NCBI GenBank assembly: GCA_963792205.1
Contig: CAWBVI010000004.1
Location: 629,634 to 693,633 of the forward strand
Length of the DNA stretch: 64,000 bases
Reading direction: 5' to 3'
Source of the DNA: an uncultured Microthrixaceae bacterium
GTDB taxonomy: Bacteria; Actinomycetota; Acidimicrobiia; Acidimicrobiales; DATDAH01
Both the position numbers and the translations under genes were made by a program. Each line of letters starts with the position of its first letter. The first letter of the stretch is position 1. This document shows, piece by piece, positions 1-9,078 of this stretch. The notes below the pieces were generated by a model. That model saw nothing but the letters and a program-made list of their open reading frames with translations. It was not told where the DNA came from and ran no database searches.

Positions 1-94
1 CGCTCAGCGCTAACCTCAAGAGTGTCGATACCACGGGCATGGGTCGCCGCTTCCGGGAAGGACGACCACCTCTCTCGCGCGGGCGGGGTCGACG

Positions 95-1099
95 ATGCCT
101 GAACGGGGGCGGCCCGACCGGGAGTTCTACGAGTCCCTCATCGAGAGCAGCCCCCTCGTCGTCGTGCGCCTCGCCGGCGACGACCAGACGGTTCGTTACA
201 TCAGCCCCAACTGCTCCCGGCTGTTCGGCTGGTCGCCGGAGACGATCCAGAGCCGCGGGTGGTCGTGGCTGGAGGTCGTCCACCCCGGCGACGTGGACAC
301 CGTGCGGGACGCCTTCCTCGGCTTCCTCGCCAACACCTCGAGGCCGATGACCGCCTACTTCCGGATCCGCACGGTCGAGGGCCGGAGCCGGTGGACGGTG
401 TGTCGCTTCCGCAAGGACCCCGAGTTCTCCGGGGATCTCTTCGGCTTCATCCTCGACATCCACGACCGCGTGGTGGCGGACGCCGAGGCGAACCGCCAGC
501 GGGACCTGCTCCAGTCGGTGCTCGACCACGCCAGCGTCTCGATCCAGGTCAAGGACCTCGAGGGCCGCTTCCTGATCGCCAACCGCCGGATCTACGACGA
601 CCTCGGCCTCGAGCCCGGCAGCCTCATCGGCAAGACCCCCCACGAGGTCTGGCCGCCCCAGCTGGCCGACAGCTACGTCGCCAACGACCGGGCCGCAGTC
701 GAGGCCGGTGAGCCCGTCACGAGCGAGGAGGTCGCCGAGCACCCGGACGGCACCCACACCTACGTGTCCATCAAGTTCCCGCTCCGCGACGCCGAAGGCG
801 AGATCTTCGCGGTCGGTGGCGTCTCGACCGACATCACCGACCGTCGGGGCGCCGACGACGCGCTGCGAGCGGCCAAGGAGGAGGCTGAGGAAGCCGACCG
901 GGCGAAGACCGAGCTCCTCTCGCGCTTGAGCCAGGAGCTGCGGTCCCCGGCCGACGCCATCCTCGGCTTCGCCCAGGTGCTCGAGGGGGACGACCTGTCC
1001 GCGAGCCAGGCCAAGGCCGTGACCCAGATCAGCGAGCAGGGGCGCCACCTGCTCGACCTGATCGGCGAGATCCTCGACGTGCCCGGGATCGAGCCGTAG
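95..1099 (+). CDS. PAS-domain sensor protein with a HisKA-like dimerisation helix but no ATPase domain (degenerate or truncated histidine kinase)
   Basis: 334-aa ORF. Two PAS-like blocks (SPLVVVRLAGDDQTVRYISPNCSRLFGW...; SVLDHASVSIQVKDLEGRFLIANRR...) precede AKTELLSRLSQELRSPADAILGFAQVLE...HLLDLIGEILD. That segment matches the HisKA H-box/DHp consensus (SHELRTPLNAILGF), except Gln (CAG 932-934) sits where the phospho-His is expected. The ORF stops at 1099 and the next gene starts at 1152, leaving no room for HATPase_c. Confidence 0.75.
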   Translation: MPERGRPDREFYESLIESSPLVVVRLAGDDQTVRYISPNCSRLFGWSPETIQSRGWSWLEVVHPGDVDTVRDAFLGFLANTSRPMTAYFRIRTVEGRSRWTVCRFRKDPEFSGDLFGFILDIHDRVVADAEANRQRDLLQSVLDHASVSIQVKDLEGRFLIANRRIYDDLGLEPGSLIGKTPHEVWPPQLADSYVANDRAAVEAGEPVTSEEVAEHPDGTHTYVSIKFPLRDAEGEIFAVGGVSTDITDRRGADDALRAAKEEAEEADRAKTELLSRLSQELRSPADAILGFAQVLEGDDLSASQAKAVTQISEQGRHLLDLIGEILDVPGIEP

Positions 1100-1151
1100 A
1101 CGGAGTCGGCTCGGTGGAGCCGCGTTCGGGGGGCTGAGTACGCTCCGCGCC

Positions 1152-2624
1152 ATGGCTGAGCTCTGGCACGAGGAACGGCTGTACATCGACGGTGAGCGGG
1201 TCGACGCCGAGGGCGGGGCGACCTACGACAACGTCAACCCGGCCACCGAGGAGGTCATCGGCGTGGCCGCCGACGCCTCGGCCGGCGACATCGACCGGGC
1301 CATCGCCGCCGCCCGGCGGGCCTTCGACGAGTCGGGCTGGGCCACCGATCTCGAGCTCCGAGTCCGCTGCCTGCGCCAGCTCCACGAGGCGTTCCGGGAC
1401 AACCTCGAGGAGATCCGTGCCACCACCGTGGCCGAGGTCGGCTGCCCGGTGACCCTGACCCACGGGCCGCAGCTCGACGCCCCCGTCGAGTTCCTGCCCT
1501 ACTACGCCGACCTGGCCGAGTCCTACGCGTGGACCGAGGACCTCGGCGACGCCGAGCCGATGGGCATCCCATCCCACCGCTGGGTCGAGCGCGAGCCCGT
1601 CGGCGTCGTCGGCGCCATCACCGCCTGGAACTTCCCGCACCAGCTGAACATCGCCAAAGTCGCCCCGGCGCTCGCCGCCGGCAACACCGTCGTCCTCAAG
1701 GGGGCGCCGGCCACGCCCTGGGCGGCGCTGACCCTCGGCCGGCTGCTGGACGAGCACACCGACCTGCCGCCCGGTGTGGTCAACGTGATCACCTCGGGCC
1801 AGAACGACATCGGCGAGGCCATCACCACCGACCCCCGCGTCGACATGATCACCTTCACCGGCTCGACGGCGGTGGGCAAGCGGATCATGGCCGCCGGGTC
1901 CGAGACGGTGAAGAAGGTCTTCCTCGAGCTGGGCGGCAAGTCGGCGCTGATCGCCCTGGACGACGCCGACCTGGCCTCAGCTGCGGCGATGGGGGCGTTC
2001 GGTGTCTGCACCCATGCCGGCCAGGGCTGCGCCATCCTCACCCGGCTGCTGCTGCCGCGCTCCCGCTACGACGAGGGCGTGGCCATCGCCAAGGAGATGC
2101 TCGAGTCGATGCCGTACGGCGACCCGACCGACCCGGCGAACCTCATGGGCCCCCTGGTCACCGACGTCCAGCGCCAACGCGTCCTCGGGATGATCCGCGA
2201 CGCCGAGGAGGACGGGGCCAAGGTCCTCACCGGCGGCAAGGTGCCGGAGCACCTGGACAAGGGCTGGTTCGTCGAGCCGACCCTGGTGGTCGACGCCGAA
2301 CCCGACAGCCGGATCGCCCAGCAGGAGGTCTTCGGGCCGGTGCTGACGGTCATCCCCTACGAGGACGACGACGACGCCGTCCGCATCGCCAACGACTCCA
2401 TCTACGGCCTGTCCGGCGGGGTCATGTCCGCCGACAACGATCGGGCCAAGGCCGTGGGCCGGCGCCTCCGGGCCGGGACGCTGATGATCAACGGCGGCGT
2501 CTACTACGGCGCCGACGTGCCCTTCGGCGGCTACCGCCAGTCGGGCGTCGGCCGGGAGATGGGCGTGGCCGGCTTCGAGGAGTACCTCGAGATCAAGGCG
2601 TTCGCCGAGCCCGCCGGCAGTTGA
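1152..2624 (+). CDS. aldehyde dehydrogenase family protein
   Basis: 490-aa ORF with ALDH hallmarks: FTGSTAVGKRI, FLELGGKSA and the catalytic-Cys region HAGQGCA. Confidence 0.9.
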   Translation: MAELWHEERLYIDGERVDAEGGATYDNVNPATEEVIGVAADASAGDIDRAIAAARRAFDESGWATDLELRVRCLRQLHEAFRDNLEEIRATTVAEVGCPVTLTHGPQLDAPVEFLPYYADLAESYAWTEDLGDAEPMGIPSHRWVEREPVGVVGAITAWNFPHQLNIAKVAPALAAGNTVVLKGAPATPWAALTLGRLLDEHTDLPPGVVNVITSGQNDIGEAITTDPRVDMITFTGSTAVGKRIMAAGSETVKKVFLELGGKSALIALDDADLASAAAMGAFGVCTHAGQGCAILTRLLLPRSRYDEGVAIAKEMLESMPYGDPTDPANLMGPLVTDVQRQRVLGMIRDAEEDGAKVLTGGKVPEHLDKGWFVEPTLVVDAEPDSRIAQQEVFGPVLTVIPYEDDDDAVRIANDSIYGLSGGVMSADNDRAKAVGRRLRAGTLMINGGVYYGADVPFGGYRQSGVGREMGVAGFEEYLEIKAFAEPAGS

Positions 2625-3421
2625 CCTCGTTCGCCCCCTCCGGCACGGCCCAGATCGCCTACGACGTCGAGGGCGAGGGCCCGCCCGTCCTGCTGCTGCA
2701 CGCGGGCGTGAACGACCGGCGCTCGTGGCGCGCCGTGGTCGACCGGCTGGCTCCCACGCGCCGGACCATCGCCTTCGATCGGCGGGGCTTCGGGGAGACG
2801 ACCTACCGACCGGAGGCCTTCTCGGCCGTCGCCGACACCCTGGTGGTGCTCGACCACGCCGGGGTCGACGGTGCCGTGACCGTCGTGGGGTGCTCGATGG
2901 GGGGTCAGCTCGCCCTCGACCTCACGCTGGAGCACCCCGGCCGGGTCGAGCGGCTGGTGCTCATCGGGTCGGCGTGCCGGGGCGCGCCCGGGCCCGAGGA
3001 CTACCCCGAGTCGTACCGGGAGCTGGGCCACGCCATCGAGGCCGCCGACGAGGCCGGTGACCTGGACACGGTCAACCAGCTGGAGGCCTGGCTCTGGCTC
3101 GACGGCCCCATGGCCCGCGAGCACCGCGTCAGCGGCCCACCCCGGGACCTGTTCCTGGACATGAACGGCCGGGCCCTGGCCGCCGACGACCCCGGCGACG
3201 AGGTCGACCTGCCCTCGGCCTGGGACCGGCTGGATCAGGTCGCCGTGCCGACCCTCGTCCTCATCGGCGACCTCGACCTGGAGGACATCCACGACACCGC
3301 CGAGGGTTTGGCCCACCGGATCCCCGGCGCCCGGCTCGAGGTGCTCATCGAGACCGCCCACGTCCCCCACCTCGAGCCCCACCCGAGGTGCCTCGACGCC
3401 ATCACCGAGTTCCTGGCGTAG
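2621..3421 (+). CDS. alpha/beta hydrolase
   Basis: In-frame TTG at 2621 overlaps the ALDH stop (TTGA). Motifs: PPVLLLHAGVNDRRSW, nucleophile elbow GCSMGG, C-terminal His region ETAHVPHLE. The long upstream part of track ORF 1529..3421 is Arg/Pro-rich overlap-frame junk. Confidence 0.8.
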   Translation: MTSFAPSGTAQIAYDVEGEGPPVLLLHAGVNDRRSWRAVVDRLAPTRRTIAFDRRGFGETTYRPEAFSAVADTLVVLDHAGVDGAVTVVGCSMGGQLALDLTLEHPGRVERLVLIGSACRGAPGPEDYPESYRELGHAIEAADEAGDLDTVNQLEAWLWLDGPMAREHRVSGPPRDLFLDMNGRALAADDPGDEVDLPSAWDRLDQVAVPTLVLIGDLDLEDIHDTAEGLAHRIPGARLEVLIETAHVPHLEPHPRCLDAITEFLA

Positions 3422-3425
3422 GCAG

Positions 3426-5039
3426 TCACTCGCCGGTGGCGATGGACTTGGCCCAGCGGTAGTCGGCCTTGCCCGACGGCGAACGGGTCACCTCGTCGAC
3501 CAGGTGGAGCTCGCGGGGCACCTTGTAGCCGGCGATCTTGGTGCGGGCGTGCTCGGCCAGCTCTTCCAGCGTCGGGCGGGTCCCCTTCCGGGGTGCGACG
3601 ACGGCGGCCACCCGTTGGCCGAAGCGCTCGTCGGGCACCCCGACGACGACGGCGTCGAAGACCTGCGGATGGCTCTTGAGCGCCGCCTCGACCTCCTCGG
3701 GGAAGATCTTCTCGCCGCCCGAGTTGATGCTGACCGAGCCCCGGCCGAACAGCGTGATCGTGCCGTCGGCCTCCACCGCGGCGAAGTCGCCGGGGATGAC
3801 CCAGCGCTTCCCGTCGGGGTCGAGGACGAAGGTCTTGGCCGTCTTCTCCTCGTCCTTGTAGTAGCCGAGCGGGATCCGCCCGGAGCGGGCGAGCATCCCC
3901 TGCTTGCCCGACCCCGGTTCGAGGGGTCGGTGGTCCTCGTCGAGCACGTTGGTCTCGGCGTTGACGGCGAAGCGAGGGTGGCCCTCCTCGGAGGCGCCGA
4001 CACCCCCACCCTGGGCTCCGGTCTCCGACGCCCCGAACGAGTCGGTGATGATCAGGTCGGGCCGGGCTTCGGTGAACTGGTCCTTGACGCCTTGGGAGAG
4101 GATCGCCCCGCCCGAGCCGAGGGCGAAGAAGCTGGACAGGTCGTACTTGTCGGGGTTGGCCAGGAGCTCGTCGGCCAGTGGCCGGGCCATGGCGTCGCCG
4201 ACGACGGTCATCGTCGTCACCTTCTCCTGCTCGACCATGCGCCAGATCGACGCGGCATCGAACTTCCGGGAGGCCGTGAGCACCATGGTGTTGCCCTGGT
4301 GGAAGCAGATGAAGGCGGCCCACTGCGCGGCGCCGTGCATGAGTGGCGCCGCGGTTGCCATCGTGAGCGTGCCCGCGGTCTCCTTGACCCGGTCGGCGAG
4401 GTCTTCGGGCCTCGCCGGCGGCTCCGCCAGGCCCATGGCCGAGAGGTCCATGGCGGCGAAGAAGATGTCCTCCTGGCGCCACATCACGCCCTTGGGCATC
4501 CCCGTCGTGCCCCCCGTGTAGAGGACATAGAGGTCGTCGCCGGACCGCTCGGCGAAGTCCCGCTCGGGTGACGCCGCGGCGAGCGCCGCCTCGTAGTCGT
4601 CGGTGTCGAGACCGGCGGTGTCCGCGCCGGAGTCGTCGGCGACGCAGACGAACGAGTGCACGCCGGGGACCTGGTCGACCACGGCGGCCAGCCGGGGCGT
4701 GAACTCCTGGTGGTGGATCACGGCGACCAGATCGGCGTCGCCGAAGAGGTAGACCAGCTCCTCCTCGACGTACCGGTAGTTGACGTTCACGGGCACGGCC
4801 CGGATCTTCCAGGCCGCGAGCATGGCCTCGACGTACTCCGTGCCGTTGTAGAGGTACAGGCCGATGTGGTCGCCCGCCCCGACGCCACGCTCCTGGAGGG
4901 CGTGGGCGAGACGGGTCGCCCGCTCGTCGACGTCGCGGAAGGTGAGGCGGCGGTCCTCGGTCACGATGGCGAGGTGGTCGGGCACCGCGTCGGCCACGAC
5001 CTCGAACGTGTCGGCGAACGTGAAAGGGCGGTTCGACAT
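3426..5039 (-). CDS. acyl-CoA synthetase (AMP-dependent ligase, FadD-like)
   Basis: 537-aa ORF. AMP-binding motif LYTGGTTGMPKGV, plus GASETG, IPGDFA and C-terminal PSGKADYRWAK. Paralog of 42935..44506. Confidence 0.9.
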   Translation of the reverse strand: MSNRPFTFADTFEVVADAVPDHLAIVTEDRRLTFRDVDERATRLAHALQERGVGAGDHIGLYLYNGTEYVEAMLAAWKIRAVPVNVNYRYVEEELVYLFGDADLVAVIHHQEFTPRLAAVVDQVPGVHSFVCVADDSGADTAGLDTDDYEAALAAASPERDFAERSGDDLYVLYTGGTTGMPKGVMWRQEDIFFAAMDLSAMGLAEPPARPEDLADRVKETAGTLTMATAAPLMHGAAQWAAFICFHQGNTMVLTASRKFDAASIWRMVEQEKVTTMTVVGDAMARPLADELLANPDKYDLSSFFALGSGGAILSQGVKDQFTEARPDLIITDSFGASETGAQGGGVGASEEGHPRFAVNAETNVLDEDHRPLEPGSGKQGMLARSGRIPLGYYKDEEKTAKTFVLDPDGKRWVIPGDFAAVEADGTITLFGRGSVSINSGGEKIFPEEVEAALKSHPQVFDAVVVGVPDERFGQRVAAVVAPRKGTRPTLEELAEHARTKIAGYKVPRELHLVDEVTRSPSGKADYRWAKSIATGE

Positions 5040-5079
5040 GGGGATCGACCCTACGCGGGCTTTCTCAGGCGGCCCGAAT

Positions 5080-5094
5080 CTGACAGGGTGTCAG
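5080..5094. promoter_or_regulatory. palindrome CTGACAGGGTGTCAG in a divergent promoter region (candidate operator)
   Basis: A 6-3-6 inverted repeat lies in the 84-bp gap between divergent genes 3426..5039(-) and 5124..6578(+). The same CTGAC-N5-GTCAG architecture recurs at 24647..24661 and 26121..26135. Confidence 0.4.
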
Positions 5095-5123
5095 ATCACG
5101 ATTCGACGATCGACGAGGGGAAC

Positions 5124-6578
5124 GTGGTGAGCATCAACGGCGTCCAGGACCGCGACACGCTCTGGATCGGTGGGGACTGGGTCTCCTCCGAAGGTGGCGA
5201 CACGATCGAGGTCATCTCGCCCCACACCGAGCAGGTCATCGCCACCGTGCCCGAGGCGTCCACCGCCGACGTGGACAAGGCCGTGGTCGCGGCCCGCGGC
5301 GCCCTCGAGACCGGACCCTGGGCGAGCATGGATCCGGCCGGTCGGGGCGAGATCCTGGCCAATCTGAACGCCGCCCTCGGCGCCCGGGCCGACGACATCG
5401 CCCAGACCATCACCGCCGAGATGGGCTCGCCCATCATGTTCAGCCACCTGGGGCAGGTCGGCGCCTCGCTGATGGTCGTGGACTACTACGCCAACCTGGT
5501 CAAGGAGTTCGCCTTCGAGGAGGAGCGCCAGGGCCTGCTGTCCTCGGTGCTCGTCCGGCGGGAGCCGGTCGGCGTGGTGGGCGCCATCGTCCCGTGGAAC
5601 GTGCCCCTGTTCGTGACCATGCTCAAGGTCGCCCCGGCCCTGGCGGCGGGCGCCACCGTGGTCCTGAAGCCGGCGCCGGAGACCCCCCTCGACGCCTACC
5701 TGCTCGCCGAGGCGCTGGAGGAGGCGGGCCTGCCCAAGGGCGTGGTCAACATCCTCCCCGCCGGCCGCGAGGTGGGCGAGCACCTGGTCCGCCACCCCGG
5801 CGTGGACAAGATCGCCTTCACGGGCTCGACCGCGGCCGGCATGAAGATCGCCTCGATCTGCGGCGAGCAGCTCAAGCGCTACACGCTCGAGTTGGGCGGC
5901 AAGTCGGCGGCGATCATCCTCGACGACGCCGACGTCGACACCACCCTGGACAACCTGCTGCAGATCGCCGGGCTGATGAACAACGGGCAGGCCTGCGTGG
6001 CCCAGACCCGCGTGCTGGCCAGCACGGCCCGCTACGACGAGGTGGTCAACGGCCTGGCCACCCGAATGGAGGCCGTCAAGGTCGGCGACCCGGCCGAGAT
6101 GGACACCGAGGTCGGCCCGCTCGTGGCCGAGCGCCAGCGGGACCGAGTCGAGAAGTACATCGTCCAGGGCCAGGAGGAGGGCGCCGAGGTCGTCGTCGGG
6201 GGTGGACGACCGGCCGGCCAGGAGACGGGCTGGTACGTCGAGCCCACGCTCTTCGCCAAGGTCACCAACGACATGCGCATCGCCCAGGAGGAGATCTTCG
6301 GGCCGGTGATCGCCGCCATCCCCTTCGACGACGTCGACGACGCGGTGGCCATCGCCAACGACTCCACCTATGGCCTGTCGGGCTCAGTGTGGACGGCCGA
6401 CACCGACGCCGGCCTGGCCGTGGCCAAGCGCATCCGGACCGGGACCTACAACATCAACGGCTTCATGCTGGAGCCGTGCGCGCCGTTCGGTGGGTACAAG
6501 CAGTCGGGCGTCGGCCGCGAGGGCGGGCCCGAGGGGCTCGCCGCCTACCTCGAGGACAAGGCGATCAACCGGTTCTGA
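5124..6578 (+). CDS. aldehyde dehydrogenase family protein
   Basis: GTG at 5124 (or 5127) follows GAGGGG. Motifs: FTGSTAAGMKI, LELGGKSA and catalytic-Cys region NNGQACVA. The upstream part of track ORF 4656..6578 is antisense to the acyl-CoA synthetase and looks like junk. Confidence 0.9.
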   Translation: MVSINGVQDRDTLWIGGDWVSSEGGDTIEVISPHTEQVIATVPEASTADVDKAVVAARGALETGPWASMDPAGRGEILANLNAALGARADDIAQTITAEMGSPIMFSHLGQVGASLMVVDYYANLVKEFAFEEERQGLLSSVLVRREPVGVVGAIVPWNVPLFVTMLKVAPALAAGATVVLKPAPETPLDAYLLAEALEEAGLPKGVVNILPAGREVGEHLVRHPGVDKIAFTGSTAAGMKIASICGEQLKRYTLELGGKSAAIILDDADVDTTLDNLLQIAGLMNNGQACVAQTRVLASTARYDEVVNGLATRMEAVKVGDPAEMDTEVGPLVAERQRDRVEKYIVQGQEEGAEVVVGGGRPAGQETGWYVEPTLFAKVTNDMRIAQEEIFGPVIAAIPFDDVDDAVAIANDSTYGLSGSVWTADTDAGLAVAKRIRTGTYNINGFMLEPCAPFGGYKQSGVGREGGPEGLAAYLEDKAINRF

Positions 6579-7447
6579 TGAAGTTCGGACTGTTCGCCGC
6601 GCTGGCGGCGCCGTACGTCACCCAGGACGGGCTGGTCACCCTGGCCCAGGAGAGCGAGGCCCGCGGCTTCGAGTCGCTGTGGGTGGCCGAGCACGTCGTG
6701 CTCTTCGACGAGTACGCCCCGGACTACCCCTACGCCGAGGACGGGCGCTTCCCGGCCACCGCCGACTCCGGGATCCTCGAGCCGCTGTCGACCCTCGCCT
6801 TCCTCGCCGCCCACTCGTCGACCATCCGCCTCGGGACCGGGATCCTGCTCCTCCCCCAGCGCAACCCCGTGTACACGGCCAAGGAGGTGGCCAACATCGA
6901 CTGGCTCTCTGGCGGCCGGTTCGACCTCGGCATCGGCGTGGGCTGGCAGCAGGAGGAGTTCGCCGCCGTCAACGTGTCGTGGCCCCAGCGGGGCCGGCGC
7001 GCCGACGAGTACATCGCCGTGATGCGGTCGCTCTGGACCGACGACGAGACCTCGTTCGAGGGTGACTTCTACTCCGTGGCCAAGGCCCGGATGTACCCCA
7101 AGCCGGTGCAGTCGCCGCTGCCCATCCACATCGGCGGGGAGTCCGATGCCGCGATGCGCCGGGCGGCCGCGCTCGGCGACGGGTGGTACACGTTCAACCG
7201 GTTGCCGGCCGACGTCGGCCCGGCGCTGTCCCGCCTCGACGAGCTGCTCGACCAGAACGGGCGCAGCCGGTCGGACGTGCAGATCAGCGTCTGCCCCTAC
7301 CTGCAGGGCCTGACGCCGGAGATGGTGGCCGAGTACGGCGAGGCCGGGGTCGACCGGGTGATCGGCATGGTCTTCGGGGCCACCCCGGACGACTTCAAGG
7401 CCGGCCTGGACGCCCTCCAACCCTGCCTGGACGCCGCCAACGCCTGA
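6578..7447 (+). CDS. LLM-class (luciferase-like) F420-dependent oxidoreductase
   Basis: The ATG overlaps the upstream stop (TGATG). Luciferase-like features: MKFGLF...ARGFESLWVAEHVV, RFDLGIGVGW. Confidence 0.8.
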   Translation: MKFGLFAALAAPYVTQDGLVTLAQESEARGFESLWVAEHVVLFDEYAPDYPYAEDGRFPATADSGILEPLSTLAFLAAHSSTIRLGTGILLLPQRNPVYTAKEVANIDWLSGGRFDLGIGVGWQQEEFAAVNVSWPQRGRRADEYIAVMRSLWTDDETSFEGDFYSVAKARMYPKPVQSPLPIHIGGESDAAMRRAAALGDGWYTFNRLPADVGPALSRLDELLDQNGRSRSDVQISVCPYLQGLTPEMVAEYGEAGVDRVIGMVFGATPDDFKAGLDALQPCLDAANA

Positions 7448-8273
7448 TGGAGCAGCTCGCCGGGCGGGTCGGGGTCGTCACGGGCGCGGGGAGCGGGATC
7501 GGGCGAGGCCTGGTGCACCGGCTGCTGGACGAGGGGATGTCCGTCGTCGCCGCGGACGTCGAGGCCGGTGCCCTCGAGGAGACGGTCGACGGCACGGACG
7601 CAGTGCCCGTCGTCTGCGACGTGAGCGACGCCGCAGCCGTCGAGGCCTTGGCCGCTTCGACCGACGAACGGTTTGGCGCCGCGCACCTGGTGTGCGCCAA
7701 CGCCGGCGTGTTCCAGGGGGGCGTGAGCTGGGAGCGCAGCCTGGAGGACTGGCAGTGGGTGCTCGGCGTCAACCTCTGGGGTGTCATCCACACCGTGAAG
7801 GCCTTCGTGCCCCGCATGGTCGAGGCGGGCGAGCGAGGGCCACGTGGTGATCACCTCGTCCATGGCCGGACTTGGCGTGCGCCGCCTTCTCGGGGCCGTA
7901 CCAGGTGTCGAAGTTCGGCGCCTACGCCGTGGCCGAGTCGTTGGCCCACGACCTGCGGGCCCGCGGCCTGCCCATCGGGGTGTCCGCCCTCACGCCGGGC
8001 TCGGTCAACACCCGCATCAGCGAGTCGGGCCGCAACCGGCCCGGCGATCTGCCGGCCAAGGGCGGGGACGACGTCGACTTCGTGGAAGGCGCGCTGGCCG
8101 ATCTGACCGGCCAACAAGGTGTCGACCCGGCCGAGGTGGCCGACCGGGTGGTGTCGGCGGTGAAGGTCGGCGACTTCCTCATCCCCACCAACGACGACTA
8201 CGCCACCCAGATCGAGACCCACGCCGAAGCCCAAGTCGCAAGACAGCTCCCCCCCATGGCCACCTTCACCTGA
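7447..8273 (+). pseudogene. SDR-family oxidoreductase interrupted by two +1 frame changes about 35 nt apart
   Basis: The ATG overlaps the upstream stop (TGATG). The N-terminus (VVTGAGSGIGRG, CANAGV) is in frame 1 up to ...VEAGER. HVVITSSMAGL is in frame 2 and ACAAFSGPYQVSKFGAYAV (the catalytic YxxxK) is in frame 3. The shifts sit at the GGG run 7837-7839 and the TT at 7871-7873. Confidence 0.8.
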
Positions 8274-8276
8274 GGC

Positions 8277-9056
8277 CTATGTAGGCATCACCGTTCCGCC
8301 GTCGACGCAGAGGATCTGGCCGTTGACCAGGGCGGCGTCGTCGGAGGCGAAGAAGAGGGCGGCGCCGGTGAGCTGGTCGGGCTCGCAGTTGCGCTTCATG
8401 GGACTGAGCTGCTCGAAGAAGGGCTGGGCGAAGTCGGGCACGACCGCCTTGGTGGCCTCGGTCATGGTCAGCCCCGGGGCGATGCAGTTCACGGTGACGC
8501 CGAACTGCCCGAGCTGGCCGGCGAGGTGGCGGGTCAGGCCGATCACGCCCCACTTGCTCTGCGCGTAGGCGTAGTTGCCCACCCCGTTGAACTCGGGGTC
8601 GAAGGCGTTGATCTGGTGCAGGTAGGCGGCAATGGAGGCGATGTTGACGATGCGGCCGTCACCCCGCGCCACGAGGTGCGGGGCCACGGCCCGGGCCATG
8701 AGCCACTGACCGTGGAGGTTCACGTCGAAGACCTGGCGCAGGTAGTCGAGGCTCTGGTCGGACGTGTCGAGGTTCCCGTAGATGGCGGCGTTGTTGACCA
8801 GGATGTCCAGGCCGCCGAACCGGGTTCGGGTGGCGTCCACCGAGGCCTCCACCGACACCTCGTCGGCGATGTCGGTGGGCACGGGCTCCACGTCCCCCAG
8901 GGCTGACAGCTCCTCGGCCGCAGAACGGCAGCGATCCTCGTCGACCTCGGCGATGGCCACCTTGGCCCCCTCACCGAGGAACCGCTTGGCGTACTCGAAC
9001 CCGATCCCACCACCGGCACCGGTGACGATGGCCACCTTGCCTTCCAGTCGTCCCAT
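8277..9056 (-). CDS. SDR-family oxidoreductase (3-oxoacyl-ACP reductase-like)
   Basis: 259-aa ORF with TGAGGGIG, NNAAI and YAQSK (YxxxK). Confidence 0.9.
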   Translation of the reverse strand: MGRLEGKVAIVTGAGGGIGFEYAKRFLGEGAKVAIAEVDEDRCRSAAEELSALGDVEPVPTDIADEVSVEASVDATRTRFGGLDILVNNAAIYGNLDTSDQSLDYLRQVFDVNLHGQWLMARAVAPHLVARGDGRIVNIASIAAYLHQINAFDPEFNGVGNYAYAQSKWGVIGLTRHLAGQLGQFGVTVNCIAPGLTMTEATKAVVPDFAQPFFEQLSPMKRNCEPDQLTGAALFFASDDAALVNGQILCVDGGTVMPT

Positions 9057-9078
9057 CCCCGGAACCTAACCTCGCCGC

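Noticed and set aside
39-711. Overlapping short track ORFs (39..350, 259..711, 355..582 and many similar ones throughout the window).
   Set aside because: They overlap motif-bearing genes in alternative frames and have Arg/Pro/Ser-rich composition typical of off-frame translation of GC-rich coding DNA. They have no independent start signals.
7837-7873. Programmed ribosomal frameshifting as an explanation for the split genes (SDR, HNH, sulfatase-like and others).
   Set aside because: I found no slippery heptamer or downstream pseudoknot at the junctions. The affected genes belong to families not known to use recoding. Several genes need two or more shifts, and one needs 6-8.
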